DNA of 64,000 nt from a virus, in the IMG/VR virus record IMGVR_UViG_3300037454_000319. The stretch is one strand, 5' to 3'. The notes under the pieces were generated by a model, which worked only from the letters and a program-made list of their open reading frames with translations, was not told the DNA's origin and did not search any database. A program made the translations under genes and the position numbers. The first letter of the stretch is position 1, and each line of letters starts with the position of its first letter. Shown piece after piece: positions 8,191 to 17,716 of this stretch.

Positions 8191-8418
8191 TTATTCGTGG
8201 TATCTGCCGTCTCCCTTCTTTGACGGGAAAATAAAACCTGCAAGAATGAAGGCGATAAATGGAATTATCAATGGCAGAAATACTCCAAGCCAGCCAATAG
8301 TAGCCCAGCCTATAAGTTTTGCAATAATAAGGGCAATAGTTACGATGAAGCCTATCTTAAGACCTAACGTAGCTAATAGACCTATTATAAGGGAAGCCAC
8401 AATTCTAAATGAACTCAT
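8191..8418 (-). CDS. small membrane protein (2 TM)
   Basis: hydrophobic ORF. Confidence 0.5.
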   Translation of the reverse strand: MSSFRIVASLIIGLLATLGLKIGFIVTIALIIAKLIGWATIGWLGVFLPLIIPFIAFILAGFIFPSKKGDGRYHE

Positions 8419-8436
8419 ATTTTTCTTCCTTTCTGA

Positions 8437-8478
8437 TTTTCTATATATATTATACCATGAATTTTAAAAAAAGTCAAA
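8437..8478 (-). promoter_or_regulatory. conserved promoter copy 8
   Basis: -10 8449-8454, -35 8472-8477. Confidence 0.7.
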
Positions 8479-9286
8479 TTTCCTTTTTCTTTAAGATTAA
8501 CTGACAGTGGGTATTGTCAATGAGGTCAATATCAAAATCTTGTTTTACAGTTTCTTTAATGAAAGGAAGAGTGTAGTGATTGATATACTCTATATAATAG
8601 TTTCCATTCTCAGCAACATGATTTAAAAGCTGTTCAAGATATATAGGAAAATAAAATTCTCGTACCTCTCTATCCCAGTTCTCGATATAACGATACTTCA
8701 AAAGAAATTCCAGTTGATTTTTAACATCAAGTTCTGTAAATCCCTTATTGCCCAAATTACGAACTTCACAATAATCTGCTAACTGTGCATCATCCATACT
8801 ATTTCCATATGGATAATAGCCCCTTTTTCTTTGAACAGTTTTGCTAATCATCATATCTCGAATTGTAATATACTTAAAACCAGAATTAAACACATTATCC
8901 CAAAAGCTCAAAATCTCTTCAGCAGAACAATATGAATATACTTCATGTATAACACTACTCAAATTAAGCAAAGCATTTACTTTAAAGGTGCTTGGTACAT
9001 CTTCAAAGCTCTGTGCTCTAAGAATACAACTGTGCTTTTCTCCCATCTTTTTAAGCATTTCGGGGTTATTATCTATTCCTACTAAACACCATAAACGGTC
9101 TATTCGCTTTTCGTCTTTCAACTGTATCTGTTCTTTATCAATAGCATCAAGCAATGTGCCGTCGGCACAACCAAAATCTATAATTGTATCAATGTCATCA
9201 TGTGGGATAATCTTTGTCCAAAATAACTTATCCTGTAATGACATCTGCATACCATAAAGATATGCGCTATAATTACTTATTTTCAT
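8474..9286 (-). CDS. class I SAM-dependent methyltransferase
   Basis: motif I IIDFGCADGTLL. Confidence 0.55.
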   Translation of the reverse strand: MKISNYSAYLYGMQMSLQDKLFWTKIIPHDDIDTIIDFGCADGTLLDAIDKEQIQLKDEKRIDRLWCLVGIDNNPEMLKKMGEKHSCILRAQSFEDVPSTFKVNALLNLSSVIHEVYSYCSAEEILSFWDNVFNSGFKYITIRDMMISKTVQRKRGYYPYGNSMDDAQLADYCEVRNLGNKGFTELDVKNQLEFLLKYRYIENWDREVREFYFPIYLEQLLNHVAENGNYYIEYINHYTLPFIKETVKQDFDIDLIDNTHCQLILKKKEI

Positions 9287-9287
9287 T

Positions 9288-9992
9288 TTAACCTACCTTC
9301 CTTTTCTTAGCGAAGAAAACTGTTTTCGTATCATAACCATATGGCTCAAAGGCTTCGTCTAACTCATCAACTTCTCTTATTTGCTGTGGACCAAGCTTGT
9401 GAGTAATTGTATCTGTAAGCTGGTCATACTTAGCAAAATGGAAATCCCAGTCTGTGCCACGGTAGGCAATTCCATATTCATCAGGGTTGAGTTCATCAAA
9501 AGACTCAATTCTTCTCATGTCTGGAAATGCTTTAAGCATATTAAGGGCGGCGAGTTCCAGTGCCGTCTCTGAGCTGTAATCATGATGCCAGTACAACTGC
9601 TCTGCTTCGTCCATTTCCTCTTCCGAAGCATCGTCGTGAATATCACTTAGTAAATCATAGACATATTCAAGTCCATTATCGCTTTCTCTATCTACATAAT
9701 ATTGAAGTTCAAATTCTGCATCATCATATTCTTCACTCTCATAGAAATCATTAAAATCTGCATAGTTGTGCTCTTCAAGCCAACTTGCGGAAGCATTTTC
9801 TCTTACAGTGCTATCACAAAGTATTGGAAGAAACCAATTGTAAGTTTCAAGAGCATAGCCGCCGCAATTATAAAGAAAGTTATCTGTATTATCTGGTGTA
9901 CGACAATTACTATTATTGTAAAGGTCTTCAATATCACCCTCAAATCCAATCTCTGGAACGAGAGTTGAGTTTACAGCATACACACAGGTCAT
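9288..9992 (-). CDS. hypothetical acidic protein
   Basis: ORF track. Confidence 0.5.
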   Translation of the reverse strand: MTCVYAVNSTLVPEIGFEGDIEDLYNNSNCRTPDNTDNFLYNCGGYALETYNWFLPILCDSTVRENASASWLEEHNYADFNDFYESEEYDDAEFELQYYVDRESDNGLEYVYDLLSDIHDDASEEEMDEAEQLYWHHDYSSETALELAALNMLKAFPDMRRIESFDELNPDEYGIAYRGTDWDFHFAKYDQLTDTITHKLGPQQIREVDELDEAFEPYGYDTKTVFFAKKRKVG

Positions 9993-10459
9993 TAATCATA
10001 GTCCTCCTCATCGAAATCTACTTCGGACATATCGCAGTCCTCATACATTTGCGCTTTTACTTCAAGCTTATTATACTTATCTACAAGTTCGTTATACTCA
10101 AGACGAAGATTTTCATAGAGCGCTTCATAGTCAGGTTCAATATAACCGTATGCAAGACGAGATTCGTAAGACTCCATATCTGTATATTCTGTCTCTGCGA
10201 AGTATTTCTTAAGCTCTATAACCTTATCAATGTTTTCCTGAGTATCAGATAAATGACAAAGCTCAATCATAATTATCTTGGGCTGTGCCGCCACAGCAAG
10301 GTTGAGGACAGTTTTAATGTCGTCCATCTTATCTGTGTCATAGATTACGATACCAGCTAACTTGTTAAGAGAATTAAGGTCGGCAGTCATATCGTAATAA
10401 TCCTGTATTGCGAAAGCGTCCTCACCGAACTCTTCAAAAGTTTTATATTCTAAAATCAT
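9992..10459 (-). CDS. hypothetical acidic protein
   Basis: ORF track. Confidence 0.5.
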   Translation of the reverse strand: MILEYKTFEEFGEDAFAIQDYYDMTADLNSLNKLAGIVIYDTDKMDDIKTVLNLAVAAQPKIIMIELCHLSDTQENIDKVIELKKYFAETEYTDMESYESRLAYGYIEPDYEALYENLRLEYNELVDKYNKLEVKAQMYEDCDMSEVDFDEEDYD

Positions 10460-10477
10460 AATATCGCTCCTTTTTCA

Positions 10478-10519
10478 TTTTCTATATATATTATAACATA
10501 AAATATAAAAAAAATCAAG
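10478..10519 (-). promoter_or_regulatory. conserved promoter copy 9 (-35 variant TTGATT)
   Basis: -10 10490-10495. Confidence 0.6.
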
Positions 10520-10530
10520 TTTTTATAAAA

Positions 10531-10553
10531 AAAGAAGCGCACAAGGCGCTTCT
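10531..10553 (-). terminator. intrinsic terminator gaagcgc-acaag-gcgcttc + T-run
   Basis: 7-bp stem then TTTTTTT on minus strand just after CDS 10557..11168. Confidence 0.7.
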
Positions 10554-10556
10554 ATA

Positions 10557-11168
10557 TCACTTCAATAAATCCTTTAAGTCCATGCCATTCATGACTTCTA
10601 AAGTGGAGAAAGTCCAGTTAAGCAATGCTTCAACTGCTTTAATGAAGTCTTTCTTCTCCTTTGGTGTATCGCACTCATCGAACTTCTCTTCGATTTCTGC
10701 AATTATTTCGTGGAGCTTTGTCTTACTATATGGGTCAGTTTCATCTGCGGCTTTCTCCTGAACAAATCTAACGAGCTTATCTTTAGCCTCTATTGCTTCG
10801 TTCAATTCCTTATCATTTTCACAAAAATTGCTAAGCTTCTGTTCAATAGAGTTAATATCTACTGGCTTACCATGAAGAAATGCTTTACTAAGGTCGATAG
10901 GCTCCTTATCCTTAAGGCATGGACCTTCTGTAAGAACAAGTAACTTATTCTTATGAATAGTAAAGTCATAGTGATATTCTGTTGATATTGCATTATATGC
11001 ATCTACAGCTTCACGAACCTTGTCAATTGCATTGGTAAGGTCTCTATCAAGCTGCTCAAGCTTTCTCTCGTTAGCTTCCTTCTCTATCCTCTGGGCACAC
11101 TTTGTGGCACACTGAGCCATGTCAGTAGCAGTTTCATATGACTTATTACAAATTGGACACTTATACAT
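10557..11168 (-). CDS. hypothetical protein with N-terminal Cys4 zinc finger
   Basis: CPIC...C..C motif. Confidence 0.5.
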   Translation of the reverse strand: MYKCPICNKSYETATDMAQCATKCAQRIEKEANERKLEQLDRDLTNAIDKVREAVDAYNAISTEYHYDFTIHKNKLLVLTEGPCLKDKEPIDLSKAFLHGKPVDINSIEQKLSNFCENDKELNEAIEAKDKLVRFVQEKAADETDPYSKTKLHEIIAEIEEKFDECDTPKEKKDFIKAVEALLNWTFSTLEVMNGMDLKDLLK

Positions 11169-11279
11169 TATTATATTTCCTCCTTATATATGGCTAACAA
11201 TAGCCGTTAATGCTACAACAAAAGTTTCGCCCCATGATGCTACAACTGGGGCATTAAGAACAACAAAGTTCTTTACATC

Positions 11280-11446
11280 AAAAATCATAGTCCTCATAAT
11301 ATGACTCCTCTCTATCGCGCTGTTTCTTGCGGCGATACTGATTACCTCGCGGCATTTCGCCGCGCTCTCGCTGTTCCTTCTTCTTGAACTGATTAATGTC
11401 ACGGCGTTCTTTATTTTGTTCTTTCGTGTAAGTATTCTTAGCCATT
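11280..11446 (-). CDS. small highly basic protein (55 aa MAKNTYTKEQNKERRDINQFKKK...)
   Basis: unlisted small ORF; ORF-track 11184..11402 is a different frame and looks spurious. Confidence 0.25.
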
Positions 11447-11572
11447 AGAACTCTCCACCGTCTTCGACGTCGAAGCAGTCATCAGACCAACGGTCTTCAA
11501 ATAAACCGTCCTCGAATACCTCTTCACACTGTACAAAATCAAAATCGTCCATAAGATTTTCTCCTTTTCTTT

Positions 11573-11614
11573 ATTTTCTATAAATATTATATCATGTTTT
11601 TTAAGAAAAGTCAA
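11573..11614 (-). promoter_or_regulatory. conserved promoter copy 10
   Basis: -10 11585-11590, -35 11608-11613. Confidence 0.7.
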
Positions 11615-11619
11615 TTTTT

Positions 11620-12549
11620 TTATTGCTCTTCCCAAACATAAGAGTCATCGTAACCTGCATAGTCGAATATAACTGGAAGATTATCCTCTGCGAATCCGAA
11701 GTTACCATCATGCATATCGTCAATATTGAGGTAATCTATTGTATTGAGTATCTCATAAGTTGTATCTTCTCCATATGCATGGATTAAAGCATAGATAAAG
11801 CTGTCAGGGAAATTACCTGCCGCCTGAGAAAGTTGACGCATACGCATAATTCTCTCAGCATTTTTAGGCTCCTCCTTCTCCTCACGGAAGATAAAATAAG
11901 CATGGTCCATTGTCAGCTTTGCTTTTCTCTGAACATATACAGGGATTTCATTGTAGTTGCCCCAGAAGAAGTTAGGAAGTAATACCTCAGATATTTTTTC
12001 ACAGCCACCTTCAACGCCCTCTTCAACAAGAGCATTTTCTGTGTCCATGAGGTTATAATCAGAATTTCTCTTTTTGAGCATACAAAACTGTGAGCTATAT
12101 TCTTCCCAAGGAATATCTTCGTATTCATTTACCTCTTCCATGTAATCATCATAGTAATATTCTTTCCAAATATCCATTTCCTCATAGTCAGGACTGCCCT
12201 CAACCTTATCCTTCTCATCTGCGGGGCGGCGCAACGTAATTTTTGTACCACAAATACCAGTGAGCGGTACTTTAATGATAAAGTCTTCATTTTCGGGAAT
12301 GATTGTCAAACGTGATGCTCCACCATATAAGCTGTATTCTGATGTGTCGTCTATGTAGTGACCGAAACCGTTAAGGTTTCCGTCAGCATCGTAGCTAAGT
12401 GTTGAATAATACTCTGGGTATTCAGATTCCTGAGACTGAGTTGATTCAGTTGTATAGATACCTGTTGCATCAGTACCAAGAATTTCATCAAGGATTTCTT
12501 TGACTCTATCATGCACTCTTTCACTAACATAATTGAAATCAAGTTCCAT
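11620..12549 (-). CDS. hypothetical protein (309 aa)
   Basis: ORF track. Confidence 0.55.
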   Translation of the reverse strand: MELDFNYVSERVHDRVKEILDEILGTDATGIYTTESTQSQESEYPEYYSTLSYDADGNLNGFGHYIDDTSEYSLYGGASRLTIIPENEDFIIKVPLTGICGTKITLRRPADEKDKVEGSPDYEEMDIWKEYYYDDYMEEVNEYEDIPWEEYSSQFCMLKKRNSDYNLMDTENALVEEGVEGGCEKISEVLLPNFFWGNYNEIPVYVQRKAKLTMDHAYFIFREEKEEPKNAERIMRMRQLSQAAGNFPDSFIYALIHAYGEDTTYEILNTIDYLNIDDMHDGNFGFAEDNLPVIFDYAGYDDSYVWEEQ

Positions 12550-12570
12550 TTTTAAATACCTCTTTTCTCA

Positions 12571-12612
12571 TTTTCTATATATATTATAACATAAAATATA
12601 AAAAAAGTCAAT
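12571..12612 (-). promoter_or_regulatory. conserved promoter copy 11
   Basis: -10 12583-12588, -35 12606-12611. Confidence 0.7.
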
Positions 12613-12629
12613 TTTTTTATAAGGAAAAA

Positions 12630-12645
12630 GGAGCACAAAGGCTCC
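12630..12645 (-). terminator. intrinsic terminator ggagc-acaaag-gctcc + T-run
   Basis: hairpin then TTTTTCC on minus strand. Confidence 0.6.
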
Positions 12646-12647
12646 TT

Positions 12648-13205
12648 TTAGTATTGAATGGGTTCGTAGTGTTCTATTCTCTCTTGCATTTCATCGTAAA
12701 GAACTCGAAGGTTCTTTAACTCATCAAGCCATTTGGCAAGCTGTAAATAGTTGTAATAATGTTCAGCACATTCACGATAATCTCTTGGATTTGAAGGAAG
12801 GTCTTTTAGATATGGTCTTAAATTTAAAGCCTGTTTCTTGTAATATTCCATTGCTTCGTTTAAGGTACGTTTCTTTAAACCACTAAGGTCGGTAGAAATA
12901 TCTATGTTAATATCACTCCACCAACCTCCTGTGCCGCCCGCCGATACAACTCTCTCTGAACCGTCTCTCCAGTAAGTACATCTATCAGTTTCGCCTAACC
13001 AAGTTGACTTAACAATTAGCCCATCAACTGTTGTCGAATATGCATGGCCTGGTGTGCCTGCATTTGGAGAGTTTTTCGCTCTCCATTCAGCAATTTCTTC
13101 TAAAGCTTCCTTTACAGTAATGTCCTCTTTGGAGAACTTTACTTCATAAACATAGCTCCAGCCGCCACACATCTCTGGGTGTCCACCTATTTCTTTAACT
13201 TCCAC
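12648..13205 (-). CDS. hypothetical protein (185 aa), GTG start overlapping upstream stop
   Basis: ORF; RBS GGGAGG inside 46-bp repeat. Confidence 0.5.
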   Translation of the reverse strand: MEVKEIGGHPEMCGGWSYVYEVKFSKEDITVKEALEEIAEWRAKNSPNAGTPGHAYSTTVDGLIVKSTWLGETDRCTYWRDGSERVVSAGGTGGWWSDINIDISTDLSGLKKRTLNEAMEYYKKQALNLRPYLKDLPSNPRDYRECAEHYYNYLQLAKWLDELKNLRVLYDEMQERIEHYEPIQY

Positions 13206-13206
13206 A

Positions 13207-13356
13207 TTAATCCTCCCAACTTATTTCGCTTGTCTGAATTTGGATAGAATTATCCCCACCTACCTGTTTCTGTTTACGTCCGCCAAAGGTATCTCTATAA
13301 AGATATCCTGTGGCAAAGCCTAATACTAAGCAAAGGATAAAAAGAAATACAACCAT
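13207..13356 (-). CDS. small membrane protein (49 aa) with conserved tail DNSIQIQTSEISWED
   Basis: RBS AAGGAGGG; paralog of 13549..13716. Confidence 0.4.
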   Translation of the reverse strand: MVVFLFILCLVLGFATGYLYRDTFGGRKQKQVGGDNSIQIQTSEISWED

Positions 13357-13357
13357 A

Positions 13358-13546
13358 TTATCCCTCCTTGTATGGGTCTGTGGTGTCATGTTCATACGGA
13401 CATCCCTTGCATGAGGCACGGGTACACTCACCATGCCAGATACCATGAGGGTTCCAGCCAATAGCTGCATCATGGTAGCCACCGACCTCATCGTAGTATC
13501 CGTCATCATCATCGAACTCATGCTTATCCGTAAGATTTTCGCTCAT
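13358..13546 (-). CDS. hypothetical acidic Cys/His-rich protein (62 aa, MSENL...)
   Basis: RBS GGGAGGG; start trimmed from ORF 13358..13561. Confidence 0.4.
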   Translation of the reverse strand: MSENLTDKHEFDDDDGYYDEVGGYHDAAIGWNPHGIWHGECTRASCKGCPYEHDTTDPYKEG

Positions 13547-13548
13547 AA

Positions 13549-13716
13549 TTATCCCTCCCAACTTATTTCGCTTGTCTGAATTTGAATAGAATTGTCCTTT
13601 GCTTTCTGAATTTGTCGCTTAGTCTGTGCCCCAATTCGATATCCCAAAGGGATACCGAAGGCAGCACCTATAAGCGTTCCTATAAAAACTGCAAGAATTA
13701 TACCTAATACTTCCAT
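13549..13716 (-). CDS. small membrane protein (55 aa) with conserved tail DNSIQIQTSEISWEG
   Basis: RBS AAGGAGGA; paralog of 13207..13356. Confidence 0.4.
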   Translation of the reverse strand: MEVLGIILAVFIGTLIGAAFGIPLGYRIGAQTKRQIQKAKDNSIQIQTSEISWEG

Positions 13717-13717
13717 A

Positions 13718-14848
13718 TTAATCCTCCTTTGGCAGTTCTATCTTAAATAATGAAATGAACTTAGATGTGGTCATATCAGTAAATAAAGAATCTAAACGAC
13801 CGTCAAAAGCAGCGAAGTAAAGTGCCGCAGCCTTGTTCTTTCCGAAGTCCTGCGCGAACCACTTACGAGCAGTACGGTCGCCCTCTCCAAATGGGTGCTC
13901 CTTCTTCCATAATGATACAACTCTCTTTATTTCATATACTAATATATCTATTGCTTCAAGCTGTAATCTAACCTTAGTAAATGTATCCTCATACTCAGGA
14001 AAGTATGATAAAAACTCTGCGTCATCATTCTCACGAATTAAATCTACAATACGCTCTAAAGTAATTACTCCGTTGTTCTTTGCCTTGTGCATTTGGAAGT
14101 AAAGTAAAGTCTTAATCTTAACACGCTCATAGTTCTTGTCACATACAACAATACCTTCATGACCTTCAGGCATATTTGCGACAAGCTGACGATATTCTGC
14201 TTCATCTTCAAGGAGATATGTCTTAGGACAGCTAACTCCTAATTCTTTTGCAATTTGCCGAGCCGCAGGAGTTTCGTGAAGGTCTTCAGATAGCATATTA
14301 CGTGCAGAAAGAAGATATACCTTAGTCTCAGGATAGTCAATAACAACCTTGTTATAAGGAGATACAAGCTCGAAAGTTAAGCAATAAGGCTCATAACGGT
14401 TACCCACGAAGGCGGATAGAGGAAGTACAGACTCGAAGAGGTCTCCGAAAGTCTTATAAGGACCTACGCCGTTAAGCTCAGCCTTGAAAGCATCTATCTT
14501 GCCGTTTGTTGATATATGCCACTTGCCGCGAGCAAACCATACAGACATTATAGAGCCATCTATCTTCTCAGATGCAACGGCAGTATCCCAGTCTATATGA
14601 GCTGCATAGGACTCGTCTATATTGAAGAACTTCTTGAACGCATAGCGAACTACCTTGAAGTCATCACGAGCATCAAGGATAAGACCACGAGCCTCGCGGC
14701 AAATTTCCTCGTTAAAGTCAGAGTCTATCTGGCTATACTTGAAAAGAACGAAGCCGTCGTCCTCAGAAATTTTTAAGTTGTAAGGCGCATCAGCTAAAAG
14801 TTCACGCCAGTTATCATGTGCAAGGATAAACTCCTGTATTTTTAACAT
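13718..14848 (-). CDS. ATP-dependent RNA ligase, T4 Rnl1-like
   Basis: nucleotidyltransferase motif I EKIDGS (KxDG); ~375 aa like T4 Rnl1; genome rich in tRNA and other RNA-repair genes. Confidence 0.55.
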   Translation of the reverse strand: MLKIQEFILAHDNWRELLADAPYNLKISEDDGFVLFKYSQIDSDFNEEICREARGLILDARDDFKVVRYAFKKFFNIDESYAAHIDWDTAVASEKIDGSIMSVWFARGKWHISTNGKIDAFKAELNGVGPYKTFGDLFESVLPLSAFVGNRYEPYCLTFELVSPYNKVVIDYPETKVYLLSARNMLSEDLHETPAARQIAKELGVSCPKTYLLEDEAEYRQLVANMPEGHEGIVVCDKNYERVKIKTLLYFQMHKAKNNGVITLERIVDLIRENDDAEFLSYFPEYEDTFTKVRLQLEAIDILVYEIKRVVSLWKKEHPFGEGDRTARKWFAQDFGKNKAAALYFAAFDGRLDSLFTDMTTSKFISLFKIELPKED

Positions 14849-14849
14849 T

Positions 14850-15092
14850 TTATTTCCTCACTTTCTTATCAACTATTTTTTTACTAACAGTTATCCGTGC
14901 ATTATAAAATCTGTTACCACCCTCTTTTTTGCAATCCGCATAAGCTTTTTCAATTATACGATATGCTTCTATATCAAGAAAATTATTTTCCTTATAATAG
15001 CTTTCAACATACTGCCAAGCTTTTTCAATTGTTGAAAATACATCTGTAGCATAGGTATCACAATTAGAGAACTGTACTATCCAAACTTCCAT
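14850..15092 (-). CDS. hypothetical protein
   Basis: ORF. Confidence 0.45.
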   Translation of the reverse strand: MEVWIVQFSNCDTYATDVFSTIEKAWQYVESYYKENNFLDIEAYRIIEKAYADCKKEGGNRFYNARITVSKKIVDKKVRK

Positions 15093-15098
15093 TTTATA

Positions 15099-15383
15099 TT
15101 ACTCCTCTCCAACAACAACCCAAAACTTTTTCTTACCCCACTTTAACCAAAAGCAATCAGGCTGAGTAAGTGGTTCACAAAGCTTAGGCTGATTTCTCTT
15201 TACTTCACTAATAGATTTGACTACACCAAGCTCTTTTAAAATCTTGGCTGGTATACGTTCATTGGTAAATAAGGTAAAAGCTTTCTCAAACATGATTTCA
15301 TTTCCCGAAGGATTTGAAATACAACACACCTCATGCCACGGAACAAGTGGTTTACCAATGACGATATTAATAACATCACTCAT
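15099..15383 (-). CDS. hypothetical protein
   Basis: ORF. Confidence 0.45.
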   Translation of the reverse strand: MSDVINIVIGKPLVPWHEVCCISNPSGNEIMFEKAFTLFTNERIPAKILKELGVVKSISEVKRNQPKLCEPLTQPDCFWLKWGKKKFWVVVGEE

Positions 15384-15596
15384 TTATTTATTCTTCTCCA
15401 TTGGTCTCTTATAAGAAAACACAAAATCATAGCACTCTGGACACTGACATCTTCTTTGTCTTACTAAATGACCTTGCTTGTCCCAAAAATCGGGAAATTT
15501 ATCGCACTCTTTATCAAGAGCAATAAATTCACAACCACAGTGAGTGCACTTAAATTCTATTTCAGTATATCTCTTACCATGTTTAGTTACCTTCAT
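15384..15596 (-). CDS. zinc-ribbon protein (start MKVTKHGK, RBS AAGGAGAA)
   Basis: CxxC...CxxC. Confidence 0.45.
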   Translation of the reverse strand: MKVTKHGKRYTEIEFKCTHCGCEFIALDKECDKFPDFWDKQGHLVRQRRCQCPECYDFVFSYKRPMEKNK

Positions 15597-15597
15597 T

Positions 15598-15846
15598 TTA
15601 ATTCTCCTTAAAACCCCAAGCGTTACGCTTCTCAGCATAGACTATAATGCCATCAGAAAGCTCCACGCTCATCTCATCATCAGCGATAATTGCAAAGTCA
15701 TACATCTCCTTGAATGCCGCCCACTTCTCAGAATCGGACATATCATCTCCTGCTATTCTATTAATGAGATAGCACATTGCGGCTTCCTTAGTTTTATAAA
15801 CGTCAAAAACATTTCCATCGTTATCGCTTATAACCCAGCACTCCAT
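15598..15846 (-). CDS. hypothetical protein
   Basis: ORF. Confidence 0.45.
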   Translation of the reverse strand: MECWVISDNDGNVFDVYKTKEAAMCYLINRIAGDDMSDSEKWAAFKEMYDFAIIADDEMSVELSDGIIVYAEKRNAWGFKEN

Positions 15847-15847
15847 T

Positions 15848-16117
15848 TTAATCCTCCTTTATATAGCTTATCTCATAAAGACCTGTACAACCTATGCCGC
15901 CGTCTCTGAAGTCTGCATAAAGCTCTTCTTCAGTAGACATATACTTGCAGACTACTAAGTCCTCGAACTCTTCCAAAGCCTTTTTAACTACCTTTTTTGG
16001 AAATATGTCTTCGTGGTCTAAGAGATATTTCATCTCCTTATATGCAAAATCAATGGCTTCTTTCCAAGTCTTAAATGTTTTTGAGTTTCTGAAAAAATAA
16101 CCTTCATATAATACCAT
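15848..16117 (-). CDS. hypothetical protein
   Basis: ORF. Confidence 0.45.
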   Translation of the reverse strand: MVLYEGYFFRNSKTFKTWKEAIDFAYKEMKYLLDHEDIFPKKVVKKALEEFEDLVVCKYMSTEEELYADFRDGGIGCTGLYEISYIKED

Positions 16118-16138
16118 AATTTTACTTCCTTTCCTTAA

Positions 16139-16180
16139 CTTTCTATATATATTATATCATAAAATATAAAAAATGTCAAA
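16139..16180 (-). promoter_or_regulatory. conserved promoter copy 12 (-35 TTGACA)
   Basis: -10 16151-16156. Confidence 0.7.
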
Positions 16181-16194
16181 TAAAAAAAAGAAAA

Positions 16195-16210
16195 GGAGCA
16201 TTACTGCTCC
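16195..16210 (-). terminator. intrinsic terminator ggagca-ttac-tgctcc + T-run
   Basis: hairpin followed by TTTTCTTTTTTTT on minus. Confidence 0.65.
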
Positions 16211-16212
16211 TT

Positions 16213-16785
16213 TTAAAATCTTCTTCCAGAGAAGAAGCCTTCTTCTGTATAGTCAATATTGTGATTATATGGAACGACTCTTATCTTGAAACGATAGTGA
16301 GTGTCGTCAGGGTTAACGAATGAACGCTCTACTGTTAAATCGAAGTTATTATCTTCCTGCATAATATCACGTGCAAATTCCTGTGCCACCCTATCAAGGA
16401 ACTGTTTCTTGGCATCGGGCACGTTTAAGAAGAATGAGCCGTCAACATGGATATCACGCACATATTCAATTGGCTGTGTCATAAAGGTTTCAAACTTCAA
16501 AGGACGGTTTTTATATTCATTAATTTGGTCTTGAAGGAACGCATTATTACGAGACAGTTCTTTGTTATTTTTCTTCATACGGACGGCAGTTTCATATAAT
16601 TCACTAATTTCATGGTTTTTTTGCAAGATTATGTCGTTTTTATTGTCAATTCTTTTGTCTCTTATTTTTACTTCATTCTCCAAGTCAGCAATCTTTTCAT
16701 CTCTGTCGGCAATCTTTATAACGAATATACAACCTTCAATGAAGAGAAAACCTATTAATAGGATAATATCTAATACTGGGTTCAT
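16213..16785 (-). CDS. membrane-anchored coiled-coil protein
   Basis: N-terminal TM helix then heptad-rich region. Confidence 0.5.
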   Translation of the reverse strand: MNPVLDIILLIGFLFIEGCIFVIKIADRDEKIADLENEVKIRDKRIDNKNDIILQKNHEISELYETAVRMKKNNKELSRNNAFLQDQINEYKNRPLKFETFMTQPIEYVRDIHVDGSFFLNVPDAKKQFLDRVAQEFARDIMQEDNNFDLTVERSFVNPDDTHYRFKIRVVPYNHNIDYTEEGFFSGRRF

Positions 16786-17705
16786 TAACCTTCCTCCTTA
16801 TCTGCCTTACCCTCAACGAAATCCATGAAGTCAAGATGTCCACCTGTTGATGTGTATGCGTAGTAAGCCAATATCTGAGAAGCATCGACTGCATTGATGA
16901 AACCGTCATTATTTACGTCGCCGCGCTCAAGGCTTATATCCATTATAAGAATTTCATACATTTCTATTTCATCTTCATATGCCATTATCTGAGCGAGATA
17001 TGTTGCGTTTTGAGCTTTAAGCTTTTCATTTTCTGCTTCATACTGAGCTGTATCGGAATGATACTCCTCAATTTTATAACCGTCCATGTTGAGGATGTCT
17101 GGTGTGATTACAATTTCATGTCCGAAGATTTGGAAAGTATATGTACCTGTTGGCTCTACGGTTGGAGTAAATGTTATACTATGAAGCGCATTACCATTAG
17201 TTCCAGATTTAGGTCTCTCTTCAGAAAAACCTAATGTTGGAAGTGTTGTTGGCATATAAATTGAACCTACATCAAGTATCGCACAACCATTATAAAAATA
17301 TTCTTTTTTATATTCTTTAGGATACAAGTTAACATGGAAATCTTCAACATCAAATGGTGTTCTATCTTTTATTATTAAATCAATAGTTGCATCTAAATTT
17401 GCATCACCGTCTGGTTGCTGAGAAAAAGGGAGTTCGCCAAAAGTCAATCTATGTGAAATAGTTGCGAAACCATCCCACTCATGGGTATTCCACCAATAAA
17501 CCTTAACTTCTCCGTCATTATAAATATCCGCTTCGACAGCAATATAAGGATACTTCATATCTGCGTTGTCATCAATCCAATATGAAGTTGTCCACTTCTC
17601 TGTCTTAACAACCTCTGGCTCAATAACTTTCGCATCAACACTCAGCAAGCTGAGGTTGCAAAAAGCTATTGCAAATGCCATTAATATACCTATAAACTTC
17701 TTCAT
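16785..17705 (-). CDS. secreted protein with signal peptide and C-terminal dockerin-like repeat (GDVNNDGFINAVDASQILAYYA)
   Basis: N-term MKKFIGILMAFAIAFCNLSLLSVDA; C-term Ca-binding dockerin motif. Confidence 0.6.
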   Translation of the reverse strand: MKKFIGILMAFAIAFCNLSLLSVDAKVIEPEVVKTEKWTTSYWIDDNADMKYPYIAVEADIYNDGEVKVYWWNTHEWDGFATISHRLTFGELPFSQQPDGDANLDATIDLIIKDRTPFDVEDFHVNLYPKEYKKEYFYNGCAILDVGSIYMPTTLPTLGFSEERPKSGTNGNALHSITFTPTVEPTGTYTFQIFGHEIVITPDILNMDGYKIEEYHSDTAQYEAENEKLKAQNATYLAQIMAYEDEIEMYEILIMDISLERGDVNNDGFINAVDASQILAYYAYTSTGGHLDFMDFVEGKADKEEG

Positions 17706-17716
17706 AATACTTCTCC

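Noticed and set aside
11184-11402. 72-aa ORF MTLISSRRRNSESAAKCREV...
   Set aside because: The frame appears wrong. The region is better explained by small ORFs in another frame (a basic 55-aa peptide, an acidic 33-aa peptide). Low confidence either way.
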